Assembly (NCBI GenBank): GCA_045593745.1
Contig: JAZNXF010000012.1
Location: 21,575-85,574, forward strand
DNA length: 64,000 bases
Source of the DNA: Elusimicrobiaceae bacterium
GTDB taxonomy: Bacteria > Elusimicrobiota > Elusimicrobia > Elusimicrobiales > Elusimicrobiaceae
Direction of reading: 5' to 3'
Shown: positions 19,946 to 28,699 of the stretch, piece by piece
Layout of the letters: every line of letters starts with the position of its first letter
Numbering within the stretch: position 1 is the stretch's first letter
Notes under the pieces: model-generated
What the model was told of the DNA's origin: nothing
Database searches by the model: none
What the model saw: only the letters and a program-made list of their open reading frames with translations
Translations under genes and position numbers: made by a program

Positions 19946-20260
19946 TTCGTAATTTGGCGTATTTCGTTGTTGCTCACTTGCTCGAATACCTCCGCGCTAA
20001 CGCGCGCGTGCCGCCAGTATACTTCGCAAGTTCGCGCCTAGAACTACGCCAAATTTCTTTGAAAAACCCCCAGCCATTTGAGATGTAAGAATACTCTCTT
20101 TTTTTCGTAATTTGGCGTATTTCGTTCCCCGCATACAAGCTTTGCGGGGCTCCGTGCCTTTGGCACTTCGGTTCACGCTTACTTGCTCGAATCCCTCCGC
20201 GGTGCGAGCCGCACTCCCTTTCTGCGCGCGTGCCGCCAGTACACTGCGCGTTTGTACGCC
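19946..20260. repeat. Two tandem modular palindromic repeats downstream of rnpB
   Basis: TTCGTAATTTGGCGTATTTCGTT at 19946 and 20104; shared ACTTGCTCGAAT and GCGCGCGTGCCGCCAGTA blocks. Confidence 0.75.
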
Positions 20261-20410
20261 TGGCCCCATGTAAAATTAAATTATCCCCATTTTTTCTGAC
20301 TATTTATGGCGGGCTTTTTTTTCTTGTTAATTAGATAATTTTTTATTATACTATAGGTACAATTTGTTCTGTTTTTGGAACCGTTTAAGAAACGGAGTGC
20401 TTGAAAAAGT

Positions 20411-20564
20411 TCTTGTCTAGTCCAAAAATAGCCGACTTAGGTACAGCTGAAAACTATAGATTTGGCTGTGCCGAATGTTTTCCGTATCTGCCAGGCAGAT
20501 ATGGAAAACTACGGCTGTTATGGCTGGGACTCTAGACAAGACCTGTGCTGTATAGGCCGTTTTT
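20411..20564 (+). ncRNA. Candidate structured pilin-leader RNA, copy B
   Basis: TCTTGTCTAG/CTAGACAAGA outer stem, two hairpins separated by GAATG (20473), TACGGCTGTT (20510), GCCGTTTTT (20556). Confidence 0.8.
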
Positions 20565-20639
20565 GTTGGTTTCATAAGCAGAAGAATTGAACATATAGGT
20601 TGGGTGAAAACCCAACGTAAAAATAAGGAGAGTAAACTT

Positions 20640-21335
20640 ATGAACTACAAAAACACCCGGCGGGGAAAAACGCTTCATTTCAATACAGAAAAAAATATGG
20701 GATGTTACCGCTTCCCCCTAGAGGGGGAAGGTGGCCAAAGGCCGGATGAGGGGGAAAGTAATACAAAAGTTTTAGCCATTGGTCAACTAAGGATCCCCCT
20801 CACCTGCCCTACCGGGCATCCGCTCCCTCAAGGGAGAGAAAATGCACGCTCCGGGTTTACGCTTATTGAACTTTTGGTTGTTGTGCTTATTATCGGCATT
20901 TTGGCGGTGGTAGCGTTGCCGCAATACCAAAAAGCTGTCAAAAAGGCACGGGGCACAGAAGTATTAACGGCTCTAGATGCGTATGATAAAGCCATATCAT
21001 CCTATTATTTGACCCATGGTTTTTATGGCGGGGCCAGAGCCGATACATTAGATGTTCAGATGCCAATTTTGAAGCATTTTTTATATGCGTCTGTAGGCGG
21101 AGACAGAACGCCGGACTTTCAAGTAGGTAGCAATTTTCTCCAGGTAGGAACCGGAACATCTACACAGATATTGTTGGTAGAAAAAGGTACTACGTTAGGA
21201 GTATGGGCCGAGTGGGACAAAGGTTCACGGCCTCAGCGTTGGTGTTCGGACAATGGGAAAGATATTTCCAAAGAATGTGCTGCCTATTTTGGCCCCTGTA
21301 CATGGAACAGTATGTACAGGCGTTGCTACTTCTAA
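20640..21335 (+). CDS. Type IV pilin (PilE-like) with extended leader
   Basis: G|[24 protein letters not shown]; start at ATG 20640 after AAGGAG. Confidence 0.92.
   Translation: MNYKNTRRGKTLHFNTEKNMGCYRFPLEGEGGQRPDEGESNTKVLAIGQLRIPLTCPTGHPLPQGRENARSGFTLIELLVVVLIIGILAVVALPQYQKAVKKARGTEVLTALDAYDKAISSYYLTHGFYGGARADTLDVQMPILKHFLYASVGGDRTPDFQVGSNFLQVGTGTSTQILLVEKGTTLGVWAEWDKGSRPQRWCSDNGKDISKECAAYFGPCTWNSMYRRCYF
20711..20838. repeat. Palindromic element in frame in the pilin leader
   Basis: CTTCCCCCT-AG-AGGGGGAAG, TGAGGGGGA/TCCCCCTCA, CTCCCTCAAGGGAG; same architecture as 4111-4227. Confidence 0.7.
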
Positions 21336-21374
21336 ACTAACGTTATCAAAAGGCCAGGAAAACCCTGGCCTTTT

Positions 21375-22799
21375 CTATGCTTTTTGGATGATTAACCATT
21401 GCCACAACGGATACAAGGTTAGCAAACCTATTTTGATGGTTAATAACACTCCTGCTTGTTGCCCGCGGCATACATACACGGCCAGCCCACTGAGTACGCA
21501 GGTTAACGCAATCAACGATAATTTTTTGTATTCATACGGCAGCGTATAATTTTTTTGCGTAAAGCGGAAAAGGGCCAACGCCATCGCCCCATAACTTAAC
21601 GCCACCGCCCAGCCCGCACCCAAAATGCCCAGGCGCGGAACCAGGGTTAGGTTTGTGGTAATACTTACAGCGGCCCCCAGTAGCGTAATCCATAACAAAA
21701 CGCGCGTTTTTTTGGTCATCACCGGCCCCACCATAAAATTGACGTAAAGCCCATAGAAAAAATATCCGGTAAGTACCAGGGGGATGATGTGCAGGCCGCT
21801 CCAATAATTGGGGCTAATTAAGTGGAAATCTCCAAACAAATTACTTTGGATAATGGACGGCATGAGGAAAGACAGCCCCAGCAAAAACCACGTTGCGAAT
21901 GCGGTAAAACAGGTAAGTACGCGCGCAAAGGTTTGTTTGGCATCCGGCTCTTTAGCGTGCGCCAAAAAGAAGGGCCGCCACGCCTGGTCAAACATAGATA
22001 CCAAGAGCATCATAAACACACCAATTTTAAAGTTTGCCTGATAAATGCCCACCTGGTCTAAACCCACCAAATGCACAAGAATGGGTTTGTCAATTACGCT
22101 AATGAGTAAACTGGCCAGGCCAGACGGTACAAACGGCCAAGCGAATTTTAACATGCCGCGTGCCAACTCTTTTTGAAACTGCGGCCTTTTGGCACGCAGT
22201 TCTTTGCATACCACGGGGGAAAGTAACACTAATGAGGTGAGCGAGGCAAAAATGTTTGCCCATAATATAGAGGCAATCCCTTTATGAAGTACCGCAATAA
22301 AAAAGATGTTTCCCAGTACGTTTACGACGATAGATGCCGTGCGCACACCCGCAAAATACCAAGGCCGCCGCTCCAGACGCAGTTTGGTAAAGGGAATCAT
22401 GTTCAGAACGTCTAATAGCAGTATCCATACCGCCAGATGTACTAAATACGCATGTTGTGCCCCAATGCCAATTAGTGCCGCAAACGGTTTTGCTAGTAGC
22501 CACAACAGGGCGGATAAAATAACTCCATTTACTAATACAGCGTAAAAACAATGCTGAAAGACGTCTGTTTTTTGGGCGTGTTCGCTGGCAAAACGCAAGT
22601 AACTTTGGTCCATTCCAAACAGAAAAAGGACGTTTAACAGTGCAATTACGGCAAATGTGGTAGCTATTACGCCATAATCCCCCGGCAGTAAATAATACGT
22701 GTAGAACGGAACTAAACAAAAGTTCAGTAACCGTGCTAGCACGGTAGAAGTGCCGTAGATAAGGGTTTCTTTGCCTAAACGTTTAATACTTGCTGACAT
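21375..22799 (-). CDS. Oligosaccharide flippase (Wzx/MOP family)
   Basis: About 12-14 TM segments; L.KETLIYG.S..L.RLLNF.LVPFYTYYL.P.DYG N-terminus. Confidence 0.88.
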   Translation of the reverse strand: MSASIKRLGKETLIYGTSTVLARLLNFCLVPFYTYYLLPGDYGVIATTFAVIALLNVLFLFGMDQSYLRFASEHAQKTDVFQHCFYAVLVNGVILSALLWLLAKPFAALIGIGAQHAYLVHLAVWILLLDVLNMIPFTKLRLERRPWYFAGVRTASIVVNVLGNIFFIAVLHKGIASILWANIFASLTSLVLLSPVVCKELRAKRPQFQKELARGMLKFAWPFVPSGLASLLISVIDKPILVHLVGLDQVGIYQANFKIGVFMMLLVSMFDQAWRPFFLAHAKEPDAKQTFARVLTCFTAFATWFLLGLSFLMPSIIQSNLFGDFHLISPNYWSGLHIIPLVLTGYFFYGLYVNFMVGPVMTKKTRVLLWITLLGAAVSITTNLTLVPRLGILGAGWAVALSYGAMALALFRFTQKNYTLPYEYKKLSLIALTCVLSGLAVYVCRGQQAGVLLTIKIGLLTLYPLWQWLIIQKA

Positions 22800-22986
22800 A
22801 GTTTTGTTCTACTTATTGATACGCACTTTATTGATACGCACTAGCGGTTTTCACCTTTGGACAACTTGCACCGTGCCTGTGCCCCCTTTGCCCATGATTT
22901 ACGAGGAACCAGCCCCTCTCTTGTACCATACGTACAAGGTGTATAGAGGAGGCAGGGCAATATGGGGGCGCGGGCAATGCCCTGCA

Positions 22987-23808
22987 CTATAATTTCACAA
23001 ATAAAATCTCTAACAACTCTTTAAATTTCCCTTCAATTTTTTTAGTTTCGCGGATGGTTTCTTCATGTGATAAGGGTGTTTTTGAAATGCCGCACCCCAA
23101 GTTGGTTACCCATGCAAGGCCCAATACCAAAATGCCGCACTGCCGGGCCACTAACACTTCCGGCACGACGGACATCCCCACTACATCTGCGCCAAATTTT
23201 TTAAAGAGTTGAATTTCACTGGGGGTTTCAAAATTCGGGCCGGTAACGGCTAAATATACCCCTTCGCCTGCGTTTATTTTTACTTTTTTAGCCGCCGACA
23301 GGGCGGTCTTGCGCATGGTTTTGTCATACGCTTCGGTTAAATCAAAAAACATTGGGCCAAAGGCCGGGTCGTGGTTACCGATTAAGGGGTTATTGCACAT
23401 AAAGTTAATATGGTCTTTGAGAATACACAAGGAGCCGGGTTTTAATTTCAAATTCATAGACCCCACCGCTCCGGAAACTAACAGTTTTTGTACCCCTAGC
23501 AGTTTGAGCGTGCGGATAGAAATAGCCAAAGAAGGCATAGGGTTGCCTTCATAGAAATGAAACCGCCCTTGCATGACTACAATCTTGCGTCCTTTATATT
23601 CGCCAAAAATCAAATTGCCGGTATGGCCGGGAACGGTACTTTTTAAAAAACCCGGAATATCGGCATACGGAACTGTTATTTTATGGGTAAGCGGCGGAAC
23701 AGAACCTGCCAAACCCGAACCGGTAATTAAAGCAATTTCCGGCTGGAAATTTTTTGTTTTTTTATTTAAAAATGCTGCGGCTTTTTTTACGACGGTAAGT
23801 TGTGTCAT
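22987..23808 (-). CDS. punA: Purine-nucleoside phosphorylase (trimeric type)
   Basis: ITGSGL, STVPGHTG, QGRFHFYEG, GPNFETPSE, VGMSVVPE. Confidence 0.93.
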   Translation of the reverse strand: MTQLTVVKKAAAFLNKKTKNFQPEIALITGSGLAGSVPPLTHKITVPYADIPGFLKSTVPGHTGNLIFGEYKGRKIVVMQGRFHFYEGNPMPSLAISIRTLKLLGVQKLLVSGAVGSMNLKLKPGSLCILKDHINFMCNNPLIGNHDPAFGPMFFDLTEAYDKTMRKTALSAAKKVKINAGEGVYLAVTGPNFETPSEIQLFKKFGADVVGMSVVPEVLVARQCGILVLGLAWVTNLGCGISKTPLSHEETIRETKKIEGKFKELLEILFVKL

Positions 23809-23820
23809 GTTTACTCTCCA

Positions 23821-24183
23821 TTATAAAGTAGTCCGGGCCGGAGAAAAGGCATTTTCCAAATGCGTTATTTCTCCGGGTAACATACAAATTACGTCAAAGC
23901 GGATGTTTGCAAATGGCACTTGCGGGTGCATTTTTATAAATTGTACGGCGGCGCGGGCAATGCGTTGCTGTTTGGCTTTTGTAACTGCGGCTAATGGGCC
24001 GCCAAACGCCTGGTACGCGCGTTGTTTTACTTCTACAAACACAAGGTCTTTTTTACATTGGGCCACCAAGTCAATTTCTCCGCCGCATGCACGGAAGTTC
24101 CGCGCTAAAACCCGGTATCCCTTGCGGGCTAAAAAATCAGCGGCCTGTTGTTCGGCCTGCGCGCCCTTAACCGTGGTGTTCAT
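23821..24183 (-). CDS. yraN: YraN family endonuclease-like protein
   Basis: GEIDLVA, FVEVKQR, RFDVI. Confidence 0.92.
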   Translation of the reverse strand: MNTTVKGAQAEQQAADFLARKGYRVLARNFRACGGEIDLVAQCKKDLVFVEVKQRAYQAFGGPLAAVTKAKQQRIARAAVQFIKMHPQVPFANIRFDVICMLPGEITHLENAFSPARTTL

Positions 24184-24827
24184 GGCAAAAGCCCTCCTTC
24201 GGGCAGTAATTTGCGTACCGGGCCAAAGGTCCGGCGGTGTTGCGGGCAGGGGCCCAGTTCCCGCAGTGCCTGTAAATGCTTGGCGGTGCCGTATCCCTTA
24301 TGCCCGGCAAAGCCGTAACCAGGGTAGAGTTTATCCAGCACGGTCATATAGTGATCCCGCGTTACTTTGGCAATAATACTGGCAGATGCAATCGCTAGTG
24401 ATTTAGCATCCCCATCAATAATCGGTTTTTGCTTGAGGGGTAATCCCGCTACGGCGTAGGGGCCGTCAATAAGAGCGCAGGAATCGGGCATTTTTAAAAA
24501 TTTTTGGGCCGCACGGCGCATGGCTAAAAAGGTGGCTTGTAAAATGTTTAGTTGGTCTATTTCAGCGGCAGTGGCAAACCCGATGCCGTACATAACTGCG
24601 CTTTGGGTAGTTAAAATATGGAATAATTTTTCCCGCTTGGCCTCAGTTAGTTTTTTACTGTCATTTACTTCATCAAAATGTTGCACCATAGAAGGCGGAA
24701 TAAAGCACGCACATGCTACTACGGGGCCTGCTAATGGACCGCGCCCGGCTTCATCAATACCAATTAAAAAATTAGTTTCCTGGCTGATGGCTTGTTGTTT
24801 ATCAAATTCCAGTAATGGGCTAAACAT
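24180..24827 (-). CDS. rnhB: Ribonuclease HII
   Basis: GIDEAGRGPLAGPVV, DSKKL, HKGYGT. Confidence 0.96.
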   Translation of the reverse strand: MFSPLLEFDKQQAISQETNFLIGIDEAGRGPLAGPVVACACFIPPSMVQHFDEVNDSKKLTEAKREKLFHILTTQSAVMYGIGFATAAEIDQLNILQATFLAMRRAAQKFLKMPDSCALIDGPYAVAGLPLKQKPIIDGDAKSLAIASASIIAKVTRDHYMTVLDKLYPGYGFAGHKGYGTAKHLQALRELGPCPQHRRTFGPVRKLLPEGGLLP

Positions 24828-24901
24828 ACCATATTATAACAATTCGCGCGCAGGTAGGGGTAACTTTTAAGGAAAGTGCGTGCTTTTCAGTTTTTACAGG
24901 T

Positions 24902-25834
24902 CTAGTTTGTTTCTCCTTCTTTGTAAGGCAAAATATCATACGGTGTTACTAAAAACTTATTATTTTCAGTTTGTTTGATTTCACACCAGGCGGCTTTACC
25001 ATTTACGGATAAAGGGACAACTACTTGGGTAATGTAAGAGGCGGGAATATCTTGTGAATAAAGGACTACCTTGCCGGACTGTTCCATCCCCTCTACTTTT
25101 ACAATGACCAGTAGTTCCTTGCCGGGTTCTATGCGTTGGGTGCCCCAGTAGAGCGCATCTTGCAAAAAAGAAGTTAAATTAATAGCCGGGTGTGAAGAAA
25201 CCGCAGACACGGTGCCGCGCATACCGCCCGACATAGCAAGCAGTTTGGTGGAAGCATGGCTTCCTAAATCTTGCAAGCGTATACCGTGGGTTAAAATAGC
25301 ATGCAGTGACGTTCCGGCGGGATCTAATGCCATACCGCGGAACAATACCCCTTCTTGCGGAAGTAAAGGAATTTCTTCCGCTGGCAGATTTTCTGCAAGA
25401 AATGGGGTCAGATCCCCGGTCTCAAAGGCATGTTCCGGGTTGGCCTGCGGCAAGGAAGCCAGCAACGTTTGGTGTAACTGGCGGGTTTGTTCCTGTTGGG
25501 CGTGCTTGCGGTCCCGGATGCGGCGTTGGCGTTTTAGTTTCCATGCTTGAAAATTGCGTTGTTGCTGTTCTAGCCAAGATCTGTGTTGTACCGTACCAGA
25601 CGATTGGGCGGCCTTAACGGCGGAAACATTGTTTTGGGCGGCGGCTTGCATATATTGTAATTCCAGCGCACCGGCCAGGGCGTGCAACCCGCTACTGTGC
25701 ATGCTTTGCGCCTGCCCTATACCGATAAGTGTGGGAGACGCTACGGCTTGGCGCACGGAACGCACCGGCATTTTTTGGGCCGTAACCGGCAGGGAAAACG
25801 TGAAACAAAGTAAGAACAGTATTTGTTTTTTCAT
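24902..25834 (-). CDS. Secreted hypothetical protein, possible ADP-ribosyltransferase-like fold
   Basis: Signal peptide from ATG 25834; LFRGM..ILTHG..INLT..DALYWG..VIVKV..DIPASYI pattern. Confidence 0.55.
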   Translation of the reverse strand: MKKQILFLLCFTFSLPVTAQKMPVRSVRQAVASPTLIGIGQAQSMHSSGLHALAGALELQYMQAAAQNNVSAVKAAQSSGTVQHRSWLEQQQRNFQAWKLKRQRRIRDRKHAQQEQTRQLHQTLLASLPQANPEHAFETGDLTPFLAENLPAEEIPLLPQEGVLFRGMALDPAGTSLHAILTHGIRLQDLGSHASTKLLAMSGGMRGTVSAVSSHPAINLTSFLQDALYWGTQRIEPGKELLVIVKVEGMEQSGKVVLYSQDIPASYITQVVVPLSVNGKAAWCEIKQTENNKFLVTPYDILPYKEGETN

Positions 25835-25969
25835 AGTATTAGTATAAAGAAAAAAAAGATGAATTTCCAGGGAAAAAAGACCTAAATTTCCCTGGGCCCT
25901 AGGGACATTCTTGCACCTGGGGTGAGGGGTTTGGTACACTATTATATATCTTTTAAATGAGGAATTTTT

Positions 25970-27736
25970 ATGAAACAATTACTCAGGGAAAATGTATTAG
26001 TTAAAAATTTTAAACGCATGTGGCCCTATATTAAACCATACTGGGTGCGGGCATTGATTGGGGTACTTCTTACCATTCCGGTGGGGGCGTTGGATGGGGT
26101 GGTGGCCTGGTTTTTGAAACCGTTTATGGATAAAGTCATGGTAGAAAAGCAAACCCATTTTTCTAACATGATTCCGTTTCTCATTGTGGGGTTTACCATT
26201 TTGCAAGGTATTTTAATTTACGCATCTAACTATTTAAATACCTGGGTAGCCAATAAAATTACCATTGGGGTGAAGCGTAATTTGTATGCCAAATTACTTT
26301 CCATGGATACTTCCTATTTTGATCAAAATAATTCCGGCACTATTTTATTCCGCTATTCTACAGATGCCGAAACGGCTTCTACCGGGCTTATTGATAATAC
26401 CAAGCAGTTTTTGTCCAAAACATTTTCTTCTATTGCGCTAGTGGGGGTGATGTTGTATAACTCTTGGAAACTGGCACTGATTGCGGTAGTGGTATTGGCT
26501 TTTTTTGTATATCCTATGTCCTTGGTACGCCGGAAAATGAAAGAAATTTTAGGCCGTATGGTCACCAACTTTTCTGACGTAATCACTGCGTACAATGAAA
26601 CGTTTGCCGGTAATAAAACCATTCGTTCGTTTACGTTAGAGGATATTTTCCGTACCCGGTTTCACCAGGTAACGGATATTTCTTTTGGGTTGGCTATGAA
26701 AATGGTAAAAAATACCAACTGGCTCTCCCCGCTGATGCATATTATTATGTCTGTCGGGGTGGCGTTTGTGATTTGGTATGGCAGCCATTTGATTGTCAGC
26801 GGCGAAATTTCCAGCGGTAACTTTGTGGCCTTTGTGGCTGCACTTATGATGTTGTATACGCCTTTAAAATCCGTGGGGAATAATTACATTGCTATTCAAA
26901 ATTCTTTTTTGGCTATTGACCGTATTTTTGAAATTTTGGATTTACAGCCCTCTATTGTAGATAAACCGACTGCCAAAGCAGTAACGTCTGTTAAAAAAGG
27001 GTTTACATTTGATCATGTGTGTTTTGAGTATGTGCCCGGGCGGGAAGTTTTACACAATATCAATTTAGAAATCCCGGTTGGCACAACCGTTGCGCTGGTA
27101 GGAAATTCCGGCGGGGGAAAAACCACCGTTTCTGCCTTAATTCCGCGCTTGTATGACGTGTGTAAAGGGGCTATTAAGTTAGACGGTAGTGATATTAAAG
27201 ACATCCGCCAACAGGATTTACGTAAACTGATTGCCATGGTGTTTCAGGATAATTTTTTGTTCTCGGGCACCGTGCGTGAAAATATTTTGTTAGGCAATGA
27301 AAATGCCAGTGAGCAGACCATCTGGGCCGCGCTAAAAAATGCCTGCCTGGATGATTTTGTAAAAGGCCTTGCGCAGCAGTTAGATACCGAAATCGGAGAG
27401 CGGGGTATTTTGCTTTCCGGGGGGCAAAAACAGCGCTTGGCTATTGCGCGCGCGTTTGTTAAAAATGCCCCGGTGGTGATTTTAGATGAAGCAACCAGTG
27501 CGTTAGATAATAAATCGGAACGAGTGGTGCAGGAAGCGTTGGATAATTTGATGAAAAACCGTACGGTGATTGTGATTGCCCACCGCTTGTCTACCGTGCA
27601 AAATGCTGATAAGATTGTGGTTATCAATGATGGCCGTATTGCTGAACAAGGCACACACGAGGAACTGTTAAAACAAAAAGGATCCTATGCTGCTTTGTAT
27701 GCCATGCAATTTAAATCCCCTTCCAAGGAGGCCTAG
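25970..27736 (+). CDS. ABC exporter, permease plus ATPase (MsbA-like)
   Basis: 6-TM N-terminal half; GNSGGGKTT, LSGGQKQR, ILDEATSALD. Confidence 0.9.
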   Translation: MKQLLRENVLVKNFKRMWPYIKPYWVRALIGVLLTIPVGALDGVVAWFLKPFMDKVMVEKQTHFSNMIPFLIVGFTILQGILIYASNYLNTWVANKITIGVKRNLYAKLLSMDTSYFDQNNSGTILFRYSTDAETASTGLIDNTKQFLSKTFSSIALVGVMLYNSWKLALIAVVVLAFFVYPMSLVRRKMKEILGRMVTNFSDVITAYNETFAGNKTIRSFTLEDIFRTRFHQVTDISFGLAMKMVKNTNWLSPLMHIIMSVGVAFVIWYGSHLIVSGEISSGNFVAFVAALMMLYTPLKSVGNNYIAIQNSFLAIDRIFEILDLQPSIVDKPTAKAVTSVKKGFTFDHVCFEYVPGREVLHNINLEIPVGTTVALVGNSGGGKTTVSALIPRLYDVCKGAIKLDGSDIKDIRQQDLRKLIAMVFQDNFLFSGTVRENILLGNENASEQTIWAALKNACLDDFVKGLAQQLDTEIGERGILLSGGQKQRLAIARAFVKNAPVVILDEATSALDNKSERVVQEALDNLMKNRTVIVIAHRLSTVQNADKIVVINDGRIAEQGTHEELLKQKGSYAALYAMQFKSPSKEA

Positions 27737-27741
27737 ACAAG

Positions 27742-28479
27742 ATGCCTTTTAACGCCAAGCAGGTGAAGCAAGAGTTAGTTCGTTGGTTGCAACATACCTT
27801 TGCGGCAAACGGAAATGAGTGTAAAGCAGTAATCGGTCTTTCCGGCGGCAAAGATAGTACCTTGGTGGCGGCGTTGTGCGTGCAAGCCCTGGGCAAAGAA
27901 CGTGTGGTAGGGGTGCTTATGCCGAACGGTACGCAGCAGGATATTGAAGATGCGCGCGCCGTAGCCCGGCATTTAGCCATTACTTCTTACGAAATTAACA
28001 TCCAACCGGCTTACCAGGGAATACTGAATGAGGTGTCTTTGCACCTCGCTGCTACCGAGCAAACCAAAATCAATTTGGCTCCCCGCCTGCGCATGGCTAC
28101 ATTATATGCCGTGGCGCAATCTGTCAATGGGCGTGTGGTGAATACTTCTAATCTTTCGGAAGCGTGGGTGGGATACTCTACCCGGTATGGGGACGGCGCG
28201 GGGGACTTTGCCCCGCTGCTGCATTTAACGGTTACGGAACTTAAACAAATCGGGCGGGAACTGGACCTGCCCTTATACCTTGTTGATAAAACTCCGTCTG
28301 ACGGTTTAAGCGGTAAAAGTGATGAAGAAAAACTGGGCTTTACTTATGCGGTGCTAGATGAATATATCCGCACGGGAAAATGCAAGGACCTTATTGCCAA
28401 AGAACGCATAGACCGTTTGCATGCCCAAAACCGTTTTAAGCAATTACCCATGCCGTCGTTTCCGTATGCAGGTAACTAA
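27742..28479 (+). CDS. nadE: NH3-dependent NAD+ synthetase
   Basis: GLSGGKDS, NLAPRLRM, GYSTRYGDG, PSDGL. Confidence 0.94.
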   Translation: MPFNAKQVKQELVRWLQHTFAANGNECKAVIGLSGGKDSTLVAALCVQALGKERVVGVLMPNGTQQDIEDARAVARHLAITSYEINIQPAYQGILNEVSLHLAATEQTKINLAPRLRMATLYAVAQSVNGRVVNTSNLSEAWVGYSTRYGDGAGDFAPLLHLTVTELKQIGRELDLPLYLVDKTPSDGLSGKSDEEKLGFTYAVLDEYIRTGKCKDLIAKERIDRLHAQNRFKQLPMPSFPYAGN

Positions 28480-28699
28480 CCGGGGCGGCCAGTTCTACAA
28501 GGGGGGGACGTTACTTTCTCCCCATCTTGGAAGGTTTTTATCTGCCACAGTGCAAGTGCGCTGGAGGGCGGGATTTTTATCAGATGCGCTAGCGGCCGGT
28601 GGTTGTTGTTAAAGGGGCACTCGTCATATAATTCTTCAATTTTCCGCCCATAAATGCTAAAATAAAAAGAGATTTTTATTTTTAAAAAATGATAATTAT

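Noticed and set aside
19946-20260. Possible CRISPR array
   Set aside because: Only two long degenerate units with internal hairpins, no regular spacers, no cas genes
19458-20269. ORFs across rnpB and the downstream repeats
   Set aside because: GC-rich structured RNA and repeat sequence gives spurious ORFs
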